The notes: generated by a model not told the origin, from the sequence alone. A stretch of 64,000 nt of DNA from Eledone cirrhosa (GCA_964016885.1 OZ024741.1:189224001-189288000), one strand, 5' to 3'; shown: positions 41,000 through 54,355, counted from the stretch's first letter. Translations and numbers: made by a program.

Positions 41000-42250
41000 A
41001 TCATCATCATCATCATCATCATCATTTCACGTCCGTTTTTCCCTGCTTGCAAGGGTGGGACGGGTCTTATTCAGCACATCATCTCTCCACTCGTCACTGT
41101 CGTTCGTCATCTCCACCGTGAGCTTCAATGATCTGAGGTCTGTTCTCACCACCTCCGCCCATGTTTTTCGTGTTCTACCTCTACCACGTCTTCCTTCAAC
41201 TGGCATTTCCTGGCACTTCTTCACCCATCGGTCAACCTCCATGCGCATCACATGTCCATACCACCTCAGTCTCCTCTCCCGTACACTACATTCTATCCCT
41301 CTCAGACACAGTTTCTCTCTCAACACATTTATGCTGGGTCGTTCACGTACATTTACACTGCACATCCAACGGAGCATGCTTGCCTCATTTCTCTCCAGCC
41401 GTCGCATATCCTCTGCAGTTGTTGCCCATGTCTCACTACCATGCAGCATCGCGCTCCTCACACAGGCATCATACAACCGGCCTTTCGTACGCAGGGAGAA
41501 ACCCTTCTTCGTCAACAGAGGGAGCAGCTCCCTAAACTTCTTCCAACCCGTCCTTATTCTAGATACTATGGCCTCGGAACCCCCTCCTCCCATGCTAATC
41601 TGATCTCCTAGGTACCGGAAGCTATCCACCACTTCTATAGCGCCTTCCTGCATTTGAAAAATGTGTCTATCAATGCGACTTCTACTGTCTAATTTCCCTG
41701 TACATCTACTGCATACATATTTCTCCCTACCTGTTAGTTTGCCTGCTATCCCGCTACATCTCTTGTGTACCCAGGATCTGCATTGTGTGCATTTTATAGA
41801 ATTTATGCCAGTTCTTTTTCTGCATATCGAACATGGCCATTTCCCTGACGGAATCAGGGTTTTGTCCTCTTTTCTACTCATCAACACTTTTGTCTTAGCT
41901 AAATTCACTCTCAGTCCTCTTGCTTCCAGCTGCTGTTTCCATAGCCAGAATTTATTCTCTAGCTCCTCTACTGATTCTGCTATAAGAACCAAAACGTCAG
42001 CATAGAGAAGTTCCCATGGACAGCCAGTCTTAAACTCCTCTGTTATGGCTTGGAGGACTATAATGAACAAGAGTGGGCTGAGGACCGAACCCTGATGTAC
42101 TCCTACTTGTATCTGTAATTCCTCACTAAAGTCCATTCCTACCCTGACTTTACTGAGAGTACCTCTGTACAAAGTTTGCACTGTCCTCACAAGCCATTCC
42201 TCAACACCTAGCTTCCTTAGGGACCACCAGATGACAGATCGGGGTACCCT

Positions 42251-42253
<3 letters not shown>
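41000..42253 (-). mobile_element. RTE family B 5'-truncated copy (387-aa open frame, YADV)
   Basis: GVHQGSVLSP, LLYADV, PHD-like insert, FRYLG, GRTRKTW; family B tail. Confidence 0.92.
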
Positions 42254-42299
<46 letters not shown>

Positions 42300-42363
42300 G
42301 TGGAACACTGGAAGGTAATATCCGTAGCGGTAGAGCACTCAGTCCATGGGACGAGTTAGGTAG

Positions 42364-42509
42364 AAGTGGTTACACAACAGTTAGTTCACCATACCGGATT
42401 TTCACCTTAGCGGATTTTCAGCTTGGGATGTGTATGGTTATAGGAACAGCTGTTCCTATAACCATACACATCCCGAGCTGAAGATCCCGAGCTGAAGGTG
42501 TAACCACTT
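42364..42509. repeat. Nested palindromic segment
   Basis: AAGTGGTTACAC / GTGTAACCACTT outer arms; 66-bp loop-less palindrome at 42417-42482 with one mismatch. Confidence 0.8.
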
Positions 42510-42518
42510 ATATATATA

Positions 42519-43399
42519 CTAGCCTAATTACCCGCACCTTGCTGCGTTTCACACATTTTCTTTTTTGTAAGAAAATGATGATTGTTTTTAAATCAGTGAT
42601 ATAATTTATGGAGAAAAGATCTGCATTTCAATATTTCTCAATGTAAAATGTAATGCATGACAAATTGGAAAACATTATTTTTTAACATAATGAATACATG
42701 AAAATATATTTCATACTTTGTCCTAATGAAGAACTTCAGGATAAACAACATTTCTTGTCTTTCTTTGATTGGCTAAAATGTAGAGATTCTTTGAAGTTCC
42801 AGTCCTTGAAACAGCCACATAAAACATGTCATGACTGAAACATAGGTTTGTCAGATCTATACCAATAGTTTTGAAAGTTTGATCTTGACTCTTATTGATG
42901 CTCATGACAAAGCTTGGCCTCACTGGGAATTGCAGCCTCTTAAATGTAAAAGGCAACTCGCTATCACTTGGTATAAGTGGAATCCTTGGAATGAGAAGAG
43001 CTTGACCTTTGTAAGCCCCGAATATAATGGTTGCTTCAATCATTTCTCATGCAATCTTGTTACAAAATTTTCACTATAAGGGTTTAACCCCCATTTGGGT
43101 ATCTTAATATTATTGAAATTTGCTGAAATTTTGTGAATAGGCATTATATCTTGTCATTTACCTATGGTTTAAATTTCATATAAATCGAAGGGAAAAAAAG
43201 TTTCAGCAGGGGTTTGTGCCCCTGGGGAACCCCCTGGAAACCCTTTGATTAAAATGAAATATATTTATTCAAGTACCCTGGGCAATGTAGTTTCAGAATA
43301 TATATGGTTATGGGGTTCTACCTCCAAAACCATAGGAGGAGTTCGTGAACAAACAAACAAAAAACAAACAGACAGGAACTACAACTTTATATATATAGA
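42519..43399 (-). mobile_element. ~880-bp mini-Helitron retaining the PIF1 C-terminus (42723-43043)
   Basis: 5' TCTATATATATAAAG; 3' CGCAGCAAGGTGCGGG hairpin and CTAG; IPRIPLIPSD..FKRLQFPV..INKSQ..YVAVSR..NVVYPEVL. Confidence 0.88.
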
Positions 43400-43416
43400 T
43401 ATATAGGAAAAGAGTC

Positions 43417-43742
43417 AGGAGTGAAGAATAACCCTGATCAGCTATACAGTAGGGTTTATTCCAAGTATTAACTAAATGTTTCATTAGCCCAGTGTATCTA
43501 AAAACCGCTATCCGCAGTATGCTGTGGCACTCGGTTGTAATTACAATTGACACCCGACCAAATTCTCAAAATACTGATTCGGAATCAGTATTTTGAGAAT
43601 TTGGTCGGGTGTCAACTGTAATTCAAACCGAGTGCCACAGCATACTGCGGATAACGGTTTTTAGACACACTGGGCATGAAACATTTGTTAATACTTGGAA
43701 TAAACCCTACTGTATAGCTGATCAGGGTTATTCTTCACTCCT
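43417..43742. repeat. ~325-bp loop-less palindrome
   Basis: AGGAGTGAAGAATAACCCTGATCAG... / ...CTGATCAGGGTTATTCTTCACTCCT; centre GATTC|GGAATC at ~43580. Confidence 0.9.
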
Positions 43743-43756
43743 TTATTAAATATATA

Positions 43757-45538
43757 TCATAATCTATAAAGCTCAGTGTGTGGTCAAGCTCCTTCGTTAT
43801 AGAAATCTACGATATAGAATTTCTCCAATTGAAATTTACCATTCAGCACTCGAAATAGTTTCGATTGCACCTTGACGCAGATAAGTTTTCAATTTCACCC
43901 ACAATTGCGCAAAAAAATAGATAAAACTCAATATTTTACGATTTTTCTGTCATTTAAACTGCTAAACTCTTTCCACTACCATTCAAAATCTATACAACTT
44001 CATACTTTCTGCTACTTTCTCTTTCCAAGCTTGATGGTGATACTGTCCGTTTTACTCTATAATATCATCTGCTTACCTCCTCTATCTACAACCCACACAT
44101 TTTGCTACTTTCTCTTTTATACTTCAAACTTACTGATTTATTTCCAAACGCATACAAACACACACTCACTTCAATTAAACAACGTGCGGGATTTATAACC
44201 ACAAACATTTTCCATTTGCAACATGTACGTAAAAAAATTCCTTTCTTAAAAATGTCAGTTCATTTTATTTGTTTCAATTTACGTTTCTATACACTTCAAA
44301 CAAATATTTTCACATGTACGTAAACAACTTCCTTTCTTACAAATCTCACTTCATTTTCTTTCTTTTAACTCACTTCATTTTCTTTCTTTTAACTCACGTT
44401 TCAATACACTTTACACACTCTGTCGCTATACTTACCTAAACAATTTCTTTCAACTCCAAATATTTGTTTCTTTTCCTTCCACGGTCAAAATTTTTCCACA
44501 TTTCATTCACATTACAATTTCTATCTTTAAGTAACTTTCACCCTTTATCATCATAATCTATAAAGCTCAGTGTGTGGTCAAGCTCCTTCGTTATAGAAAT
44601 CTACGATATAGAATTTCTTCAATTGAAATTTACAATTCAGTATTCGAAATAGTTTCGATTGCGTCTTGACGCAGATCATTTTTTCAATTTCACCCGCAAT
44701 TACGCAAAAAATAGATAAAACTCAATATTTTACGATTTTTCTCTGTCATTTAAACTGCTAAACTCTTTCCACTATCATTCAAAATCTATACAACTTCATA
44801 CTTTCTGCTACTTTCTCTTTCCAAGCTTGATGGTGATACTGTCCGTTCACACCACTCCCTACTGTCTTAAATTTAGAAAACACATATCCTCTATGAGGTT
44901 ACTAAACCTGCTAGAAACAGCAGCTAACTCTCCCCCATATCACACCACTCCCTACTGTCTTAAATTTAGAAAACATATCTTCTATGAGGTCACTAAACCT
45001 GCTAGAAACAGCAGCTAACTCTCCCCCATACCACACCCCTTCCTACTGTCTTAAATTTAGAAAACATATCTTCTATGAGGTCACTAAACCTGCTAGAAAC
45101 AGCAGCTAACTCTCCCCCATATCACACCACTCCCTACTGTCTTAAATTTAGAAAACACATATCCTCTATGAGGTCACTAAACCTGCTAGAAACAACAGCT
45201 AACTCTCCCTCATATCACAACCCTCCCTACTGTCTTAAATTTAGAAAACACACAGACAACCATGCAGAACAACTCCATCGCAGCTCTGTTATTCGGCTGG
45301 CATCGTCTACGCGCGTGTTGCGCAAGTACTGTGAAACAATAAATTTCAACACTTTTTTGCACAGAGATAATATCCATAGGCGAAACTACAATTGTCACTG
45401 CTGGCGCAGCTCATGCTTCCAGGTCTGCAATTCATTCACCCAGTGCCTGGCAGACAAAAAAGTGCTGCCATAAAATGGGTGGTGCAACCTAACTTTGGTA
45501 ACTTAATGACCCCGAGCAATGCCGGGCTTTAATGCTAG
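43757..45538 (+). mobile_element. Non-autonomous Helitron with duplicated 5' end and internal ~92-bp tandem array
   Basis: A|TCATAATCTATAAAGC at 43757, repeated at 44551 (~295-bp duplication); array at 44848-45250; 3' CCCGAGCAATGCCGGGC..CTAG|T. Confidence 0.8.
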
Positions 45539-45550
45539 TATATATATATA

Positions 45551-46423
45551 TGGAAAAAGTTCAGAGAGCTTATACCACTATTGGCCGCTAAAGATTTCTC
45601 TCTAAAAATAAAAGGCAGGCTGTATGATGCCTGCATACGAATAGCAATGTTACATGGCAGTGAGACATGGGCCCCTTGTGTGCAGAGGATCTACGCAGAC
45701 TGGAGAGGAACGAAGCTTGCATGCTCCATTGGATGTGTAATAGTAATATACGCGAACGGCAAAGCATAAATGAACTAAATGAGAAATTAGGAATAAGAGG
45801 GATCAGATGCTGTTTACTTGAGAGAAGACTACGTTGGTATGGTCACGTGTTGCGCATGAAAGATGACAGCAGTATAAAAAAGTGCAGTGCGATCAAAATA
45901 GACGGTAGCTACGGAGTAGGCAGACCCAGAAAAACCTGGGACGACTTGATAAAATCCGACCTCACACACTTACACCTCTCCCAGACAATGTGACTGGACC
46001 GAGAACTTTGGCGCTACGCAGTAATACAGAAGACCCGCCTTGCCTAAGTACAAAGTGAAACCTACAGTCAGTAGGCACCTCTTAACCAAAATACCACTAC
46101 TCCTACCCCCACCGCCATCTACACCACCTCTTTCGATGTAAAGTTATGTTGGTACCACAACCACCAGTCCTAAATAAATGAGGTCGTGTAGGTGTCACGA
46201 CAAAAAAACACAGTTCACACTGTAATGTGGCCGTGTAGCTAACACGGTAAACATCTCCCAGTCCACACTGTAAACGTGGTTGGTGTTAGGAAGGGCATCA
46301 AGCCGTAGAAAACCTGCGAGACAGTCCTGAGCAAGACAACCAATCTTGCCTCAAGTGGGACAATTCCCGTCCAGACTCATGCTAGCGTGGAAGATGGATG
46401 TTAAACGATGATGATGATGATGA
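45551..46423 (+). mobile_element. RTE family A 3' fragment
   Basis: C-terminal peptide, 3'UTR and (GAT)n tail. Confidence 0.88.
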
Positions 46424-46509
46424 TATATATGTGTGTTTAATGGTAGCTATGATTCTTCCATAGGCGGTATGCCAGTTGAGCACTCTATGTTCTTACAGAG
46501 CAGAGTGTG

Positions 46510-46691
46510 ATATAATATAAAACGAAAAATCAGTGATGCATCTGGACTCAATTTATTGTGTGTTATCTGCAGTTCTAGAATCAGACAGGTCCATACAATG
46601 ATCGTGTTTCGAGCTGTCTGCCGGCGAAACAATTGTAACACACAATAAATTGAGTCCAGATGCAGCACTGATTTTTCGTTATATATTATAT
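46510..46691. repeat. Inverted repeat enclosing the 3' half of a hammerhead
   Basis: ~55-bp arms; GAAA-CAATTG-TA^ACAC at 46626-46641. Confidence 0.7.
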
Positions 46692-46840
46692 ATATAATAT
46701 ATATATATTTTTCTAATTGTCCTTAACACTATGACTTATTAAAATAATATAAACAACTCACTATCCAGATGGCTTCCAAAAATAATGGTTGCATTTTAAA
46801 AGGGTACGTCAAAGTTTATTTGTAAGACTGTTATATATTG

Positions 46841-46905
46841 TATTTTGTCTGATGAAGGCATACCATAATTTAATTTGGTATCCCTGAAATATGTATAATG
46901 AAATA
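46841..46905 (+). ncRNA. Type I hammerhead ribozyme (same family as 11646-11706)
   Basis: TATTTTGT-CTGATGA-AGGCATACCA..TGGTATCCCT-GAAA-TATGTA-TA^ATGAAATA; shared downstream AATATGGTTTTATAAA. Confidence 0.78.
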
Positions 46906-46944
46906 AATATGGTTTTATAAATATAGTTTCCATTTATTAATATC

Positions 46945-47014
<70 letters not shown>

Positions 47015-47145
47015 GATATTTGTTCAATTAACACTTAGAATTTAATATTCTATCATACTATTTCATTATAATACCATATTATATATATTTTAAAGGATTG
47101 TAAATAAAATGAGTAAATCAGACAAAGTTGGAATTCCTCTTATTA

Positions 47146-47178
<33 letters not shown>

Positions 47179-47273
47179 CATTTGTAGGTGTTTATTTGTT
47201 TCTGTATGCGTATGTATATCAGAACACATCCATCAGATGACATCACACATCTCATTATTATAAATATATATAA

Positions 47274-47463
47274 GGGCGGTGGATTGGCAGTATCGGTAGA
47301 GAGTCGGACACCATGCTTTGAAGCATAGAGTTACGTCCCTTTATGATCTGAGTTCAAATCCCGCCGAGGTTAACTTTGCCTTTCATCCTTACGGGGTCGA
47401 TAAAATAAAGTACCAGTAATGTACTGGGTAATTGCTGGCCTTGTGCCTAAAATAGAAACAATT
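47274..47463 (+). mobile_element. SINE family S2 (Nin-domain-like), full length
   Basis: tRNA-like head (TGGCAGTATCGG, GAGTTCAAATCC) plus GCCTTTCATCCTTACGGGGTCGATAAAATAAAGTACC. Confidence 0.82.
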
Positions 47464-47599
47464 ATTATAAATATATATATATATATAGTATATATATTTT
47501 AAATGATTGCGTGTTCAGTTGTACGATCATCTGAACTACCTACTGTGTAAGCTGCTGAGTATTCCACAGCCATGAAACCCACTGCAGTGAATCCCATTC

Positions 47600-48430
47600 C
47601 CAGCATTACAATGACCAACACTACTATGTCACTCACAAGTAGGCCTTCACCCTCAAGAAATTTTGTGAAAAATATGTTTTTGCATTCAACATCAGCAAAG
47701 CATTCGATTATATCTTGGATGTGGATCACCTGGCAAAACTGGCCGTCTATGAGTTTCATCCATCTTTTGCAACTTGGAGCAGTCAAATTATACCATCACT
47801 GCATAGTAAAATGTGATGACACGTGGCTTTGTGCTTAGAGAGTTGAATTTGCAATCGTGAGGTTGCGAGTTCTATTCTCAAACCGGGTGATGCGTTATGC
47901 CCTTAAGCAAAACACTTTATTTCATGTTGCTCTTTCTGCCAGGACATGCGACTGGTAGATAGTATCAGCAATGGAAAGACCAAGAATACAATGTTTCTTT
48001 GGTCCCATTTGACAAGGTCCACCCTACTCAGCAAGCAAATGAGGTCTGGGATTTTGTCGATCGACCAGAGTGAGAGCATAGTAAAATAGAATTCTCTGTA
48101 ATACATACTCTGCTGTCCTAAAATTGGCTTCCTAACCATAATCTTCCTCCTACATATCAATGATGCTTCTCCTGTAACCTCTAGTAATGTTGTCTCTTTT
48201 GTAAAGTATACCACCCTTCATTGCTCCATAATTTTCTGCACTATAGTGTCATCTATAGCCATCTTAGGTGACCTGCCAGTCGACATAGACATCTGACCTA
48301 TACATCTCATGCCAAACTAGTTTCTTTCAAACAGAACAAAGACAACCACTACACATATTTACAAAAAATATTATTGCACTCCATCGCCATTAAACTTGAA
48401 CAGCACACAATTAGTACCCTGAAGGCCACT
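47600..48430 (+). pseudogene. Ancient CR1/L2-like RT remnant interrupted by a SINE head (~47818-47930)
   Basis: Plus-frame AFNISKAFDYILDVDHLAKLAVY..W and IFLLHIND..SNVVSFVKYTTLH resemble DxSKAFD and FLLxIND..FADD. Confidence 0.5.
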
Positions 48431-51400
48431 ACAACTGCTAAATCTTATCAATAATTAGGATCTTTCCTAATAAGGCTAAAGACCCCCTTTGGTCACGAAT
48501 GCAATGGAATTTGTACCTAGAAAGTTCCAGCACAAGTCCGAGCAAGATTCGTTTGTGGAAGACCAGCAGCAATCGCCCATGCATGCCAGTTTCCCCTCTC
48601 CATGCCACCAATGTTATCCAAAGGAAAGGCAAAGGCTGATACAGCTTGGCATCAGTGACATCGCATACAACATAACAAAGACTACATCATAAAGACTGAC
48701 ATTCTGCTATAAAACCATTAAATACTTTTGCTCCTAATAAACTAATACCTGTGACACCGTTACTTCTGCACTCACAAACACACTGATTCACATTCTTTCA
48801 TACACACACACACATGCATTCTCCATCCCCCTCTCTCTCTTTACTGCATCCAAAAGAAACACCACCCAACTAATTGACACAAAGTTACTAACCAACGTAC
48901 TCCTGTCTCTGACACACACAAAACCTATTGTCTCTTCTCTACCTTTTATTTTGCCTTAGTATGTGAGGCAAAATGTCTGTGCTTTTGAGAGTTGGTTGGT
49001 ATCATGCCACTTCTACTCGTACTTTACCAATGCTAACTGGATTGTCTCTCCTTTTGTCACCAATATTATGTTCAACCTTCTTGTTGGCAGAATTATTAGA
49101 CCATTGGATGAAATGTTTTGCTTTATTTGTTCTGGTTCTTTATGTTCTAAGTTCAGATTCTACCAAGGTTAGCTTTGTTGTTCATCCTTCTAAATTGATA
49201 AAATTGAGAACTGAATTGTAACCGTTCCCTCCAGTTGTCACAAGATTTGGAAATTGGGGCATCCAGAGATATGCTTTGATTTCCTATTCTTGTGTTTTTC
49301 ATCATCATTTTATTTTATGTCTACTTTGCCTGTACTGGCATGAACTGGCTGATACTTTTTGCGGCAGTATTCCTCATATACCTGGATGCCCTCCTTGATG
49401 CTAACCCTTTACACACACACACACATATATATATATTAAGTATGGTACTTTCTCCTCTGATCTTCACCTGTCAAACTGCAAAGCTGCAGGACATATTGAT
49501 TATGAATAACAAACAAATGGCACTGTATGTTTTTAAGCATTGTCAATATGAAGATATACATAAAGAGAAACACACATGCACACATATACATGTATATATT
49601 CTGCAGTCTGTTTCGCGATTTCCATCTACCAAATTTCACTCACACTACATTAGTGAAACAAAAATAGAAAAGACACTTGTCCAAGGTGCCACATACTGGA
49701 ATGAAACCTAAAACCACATAGTTGTAGACTAAACTTCTTAACTACACAGCTATGTTTGCATCTATATAATGGTGAATATTTCAAATGTGCATTTTAATTA
49801 CACTCTTGTGTGTGAATCATAAACTGTGACAACTCCTAAATTGCTCGGCCAGAGTATATTAAATAACACACCGTATGTTTTCCTAATCTGTGTACTTAAG
49901 CATATTGCAGTTATTTCTGATGTTGAAAACATTGTAATCAATCAAATCCACCTTTTTATTACATAAGTATGTGGTCAATGCTCTTCTATAATGAGATACA
50001 AATGACCTGACATTGTTTTCAAACCTACCTTTTTATTATATAAATACGTTGAAACTCAAAATATGTTCTAGCAATGACAGAACCTCTACAAGATTGATTG
50101 ATCTGTTGGAAACAGAAATCCACGTCATTATCATTCATATTATTATCATCATCATTTCCATGTCAGCTTTTACCATGGAGGCATTAACTGGATGAATCAG
50201 TTTCAACACAACTTTTTATCATTTGTTGCAATCCTTTGTTTGTCATCTCTTTTGTGGGGATTCATCATTCTTTAGAATGGGTGGTATTAGTAAACATATT
50301 TGTATTACAATTGTACGAAGAATAAGAATAGCAGTGTGTGTTTATATTGGTTTACTTCATAGAAGTGAATAATGAGACATACATATATTTTACCATTCAT
50401 AGTGAGGAGGCTGGAGTCTCCTTAGGCTGTTGGTGAGTTGATTTGCTCTGAATTCTGGCGTGTTGTTAAAGAGACTGCTGCGAAGCGTCAAAGAGAGGGA
50501 GTTGATCTTTCAGCCTCTTACTTATAGTGGCCAAGAGGACGTAACTTCTTTTACCTCCTGTAGGTGACACCAGGGGTCACTACCATCACAAAGGGATGCA
50601 ACTCTTATTTTAGTTCTGATGTCCCCTGCAAGGGGGTGGGGGCGCTACAATTCTGAGACCTTATCACTTCTTCCCACATTTTCTTCAGCTTTTCTCATAT
50701 GTAAGCCCCTTCTATTTACATTGTTGGACATATTTTCATTCAACTGTCATCTTTCATACCCATCTTACGTCCATATCAGTGGAATGTATGTGGCTTAGCG
50801 GTTCAACTGTTATGGATTATAATCATAAGGTTGACAGTTCGATTCACAGTGGTGCATTATCTCCTTGAGAAAGACATTTCATTTCACATCACTCCAGTCA
50901 ACTCAGCTGGAAAAAATTATTCATATCTGTAATTCAAAGGGGCCGCCTTGTCACACACTGTGTCACACTGGATCCCCCTAAGAACTAGATTAAGGGTGCA
51001 CCTGTCTATGGAATGCTCAGCCACTCACACATTAATTTCATAAACAAACTATTTTATTGATTAAATCAACTGGAATAGTCTTCTTTAAATCCAACGGAGA
51101 TTGAACACATCCATATCACTGCAGACTTCTTTCATGCACACTAAGGCACCTTTAGTGCTCAGTTTTTTTTATATTTTGGGGGTAACCCTGTGCTCTATTG
51201 CTCATCCATCAGAACATACTTCATTTCTTCCTAGCCCTTTGCATATCCTCCACATTTAGCACCCATATCTTACTCCCTTGCTGTATTGCTGTTCATCCTG
51301 TATGAGCAAGACAAGGTCAGCCGACCAGACACTGCCCACAACAGGACAACCCGTCTAACCCATGCTAGCGTGGAAGAACGGACATAAAACGGTGATGATG

Positions 51401-51479
51401 ATGATGACACAAGCATTATGCAATTTGCCCTTAAATCAAAGAAAGAAATCTCTTTCTAGCTAGCAAAAGTAACAGTTCC

Positions 51480-51529
<50 letters not shown>

Positions 51530-51532
<3 letters not shown>

Positions 51533-52290
51533 GAAAGGAGTAGGCAGAAACTCTAAACGATGTACACAATGTAAATTTTTGCATACATATGAGGTGTTGT
51601 TGGGTAACAGGTAGATTAACAAGAAAGGATATCTTCATATGTTGTAGATGCACAGGGGTAATCAATGGGAAGTGCATCAGTAATAAAAACGTTTTTCAAT
51701 CACATGAAGGATCCATAGAAGAGGTTGATAACTTCTGCTATCTAGGTAACCTAATTAACATTGGAGGAGGGTGCTCCAAGAGCATAATAGTTAGAATAAG
51801 GATAGTATGGTAGAAGTTTAGAGAGTTACTACCACTGTTGACAACAAAGGGGTTCTCCCTACCAGTAAAATTATGATTCCTGTGCACAAAGTGCAATAGT
51901 GCATGGTTGTGAAACATGGCCAATGACTGCAGAGACATGGGATGGGTAGACTGGAGAGAAATGAAGCAACCATGTTTTGATGGATGTGCAATACAAATGT
52001 AAGACAGCTGCAGAGCTTGGAGGAACTGAGACAAACTCTGGGTTTAAGAGGAATCAGACATGGGGTGCAAGAGAGAAGACTGCATTTCTGCTAGGAAACT
52101 CCAGTGAAGGGAAGTCACTGTAAAGGTAGACCTTGGAAGATCTGGTTGGAGGTGGTGAGAGCTAATGTCAAATCGATGAGACTCACAAAGGAGATGATGA
52201 AGGAACATGACAAGTGGAGAGATGCTGGGCTAAAAAGAACCCATCTTACCCATGCAAGTGTGGAAAAATAAACGTAAAAATGACAAGGAT
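51530..52290 (+). mobile_element. Old RTE family B fragment
   Basis: GRLTRKDIFICCRC..IEEVDNFCYLG. Confidence 0.75.
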
Positions 52291-52356
52291 GATAATATAT
52301 ATATTTAAATCATCATTATCAGCACTGTTTAACATCTTTTTCCATGTTACATAGGT

Positions 52357-52410
<54 letters not shown>

Positions 52411-52439
52411 TATATATATGCATTGTGTGTATTGTGTGT

Positions 52440-53118
52440 AGAAGACTTGGGTAGATGAGAAAGAAACGAAGCTTGCATGCTCCGATGGATGTGTAATAGT
52501 AATATATGTGAATGGCATAAACAAATTGAGAGAGAGACTAAGCATAAGAGGAATCAAATGTTGTGTGCAGGAGAGGAGGTTGTGTTGGTATGGACATGTG
52601 ATGTGTATGAAGGATGACAGCTGCATAAAAAGGTGCAGAGCACTAAAAGTCGATGGAAGCCTTGGAGTGGAGAGACCCAAGAAGACCTGGGATGAGGTGA
52701 TAAAAGCTGACCTTGCCCAATTGCACCTCTCAAAGGCGGTGACACAAGACCGAGACCTCTGGCATTACCCAGTAATACAGAAGACCCGACTTCCCATGAG
52801 TACAAGCCAAAGCTGAAGCATATAGACAGTATGCCCCCACCCCCTCCCACTGCAAAGTGGCCATGTAGACGTCACGACAAAAAGCATCCAGTCCACACTG
52901 TAAAGTGGTCATGTAGGCACCATGGTAAAAAAGCACATTGTACTCACTGTAAATGAGGTTGGTGTTAGGAAGGGCATCCGGCTGTAGAAATCAAGCCAGA
53001 ATCAGTTCTGTATTAGCAAGACATGATCACCTGACCTGGCATTGCCCACAACAGGACTACCCACTAACCCATGCTAGTGTGGAAGAAAGCGGACATAAAA
53101 CGGTGATGATGATGATGA
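52440..53118 (+). mobile_element. RTE family A-like 3' fragment
   Basis: RLCWYGHVMCMKDD..RPKKTWDEVI plus 3'UTR and (GAT)n. Confidence 0.82.
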
Positions 53119-53347
53119 TATATATATATAAAATAATATTATCTCTGGTCAAGATGAAGTGAGAGTGTATTTGATTGAATACTTATAAAAATGAGAAAAC
53201 TCATGGCTAGGACAACCATTAAAATAGCTAAATGCTGTCAAAGACAACGATGGGCAAAAATGCTTCAGAAGACAGAGACCATTGGTCAACAGAAAGACTG
53301 TTTTAACAGCTGTTCTAGCGTTGAGTTTTCTTATTTTTATTTGTACT

Positions 53348-53380
<33 letters not shown>

Positions 53381-53381
<1 letters not shown>

Positions 53382-53881
53382 TATTTCGTATCAAGTCCAA
53401 ATAGCCAATCTATCGCTAAAACAAACTACATTTTCTGTTTCTATTAATTGTTAAATACGAAAGTTTTTGGGCGTATTTAACAGAACAAATTTTGTATTTT
53501 TGTTAATCGCTTGTTAAATGCAAGGACCCCATTCAATCATTACCTTCTTGCTAACGTATTTTCAAACCTCAATCCCTAATTCTAGCGTATCTTCAAAACA
53601 AAAAACAAAATCCTTTCCTTCTTCCTTCTTCGAAGGCATGGGGCGGTCAAACGCCTAAATGCAAGGACCCCATTCAATCATTACCTTCTTGCTAGCTATT
53701 TTCAAACCTTAATTCCTAACGTATTTTCAAACCTCAATCCCTAATTCTAGCGTATCTTCAAAACAAAAAAAACAAAATCCTTTCCTTCTTCCTTCTTCGA
53801 AGGCACGGGGCGGTCAAACGCCTAACACTCACAGCCATCATGTGCCCCCCCCCCCCTCGCTCTCTCTCACTCTCTCTCTCA

Positions 53882-53938
<57 letters not shown>

Positions 53939-54236
53939 AGGAATTCACTTCGCCAAATTTCATTGCTTGCTGTCCACCCACGATATTCATCTAAACGTAA
54001 TGTACAGATTTCATTTCTCTCCCTCCACAAATCTTAATTCTAGCGTATTTTCAAAACAATCCATATTTCGTATCAAGTCCAAATAGCCAATCTATCGCTA
54101 AAACAAACTAAATTTTCTGTTTCTATTAATTGTTAAATACGAAAGTTTTTGGGCGTATTTAACAGAACAAATTTTGTATTTTTGTTAATCGCTTGTTAAA
54201 TGCAAGGACCCCATTCAATCATTACCTTCTTGCTAG
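53381..54236 (+). repeat. Modular direct repeats upstream of the intact RTE ORF
   Basis: 53381-53555 recurs at 54063-54236; 53518-53657 recurs at ~53657-53826. Confidence 0.75.
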
Positions 54237-54261
54237 CTACCCAACACCCCTCCCTCCCACA

Positions 54262-54355
54262 CCCACGCACCACCATTGCTATTACGTGGACCAATCATAA
54301 AACAGAGCCCCCACGCATCACCAGTATTATTACGCGGACCAATCAGAAACCAGAG
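54262..54355 (+). promoter_or_regulatory. Two 48-bp repeats each containing CCAAT (candidate internal LINE promoter)
   Basis: CCCACGCA.CACCA.T..TATTACG.GGACCAATCA.AAA.CAGAG twice, ~110 bp upstream of the ATG. Confidence 0.35.

Noticed and set aside
44848-45250. CRISPR-like array
   Set aside because: Whole units repeat with no unique spacers, there are no cas genes, and the context is eukaryotic.
47499-47786. 95-aa hydrophobic minus-strand ORF
   Set aside because: It is antisense to an old RT remnant.
53185-53340. Inverted repeat with CAGAAGA..GACCATTGGTC..GAAA
   Set aside because: The palindrome is real but the core is too degenerate to call a ribozyme.
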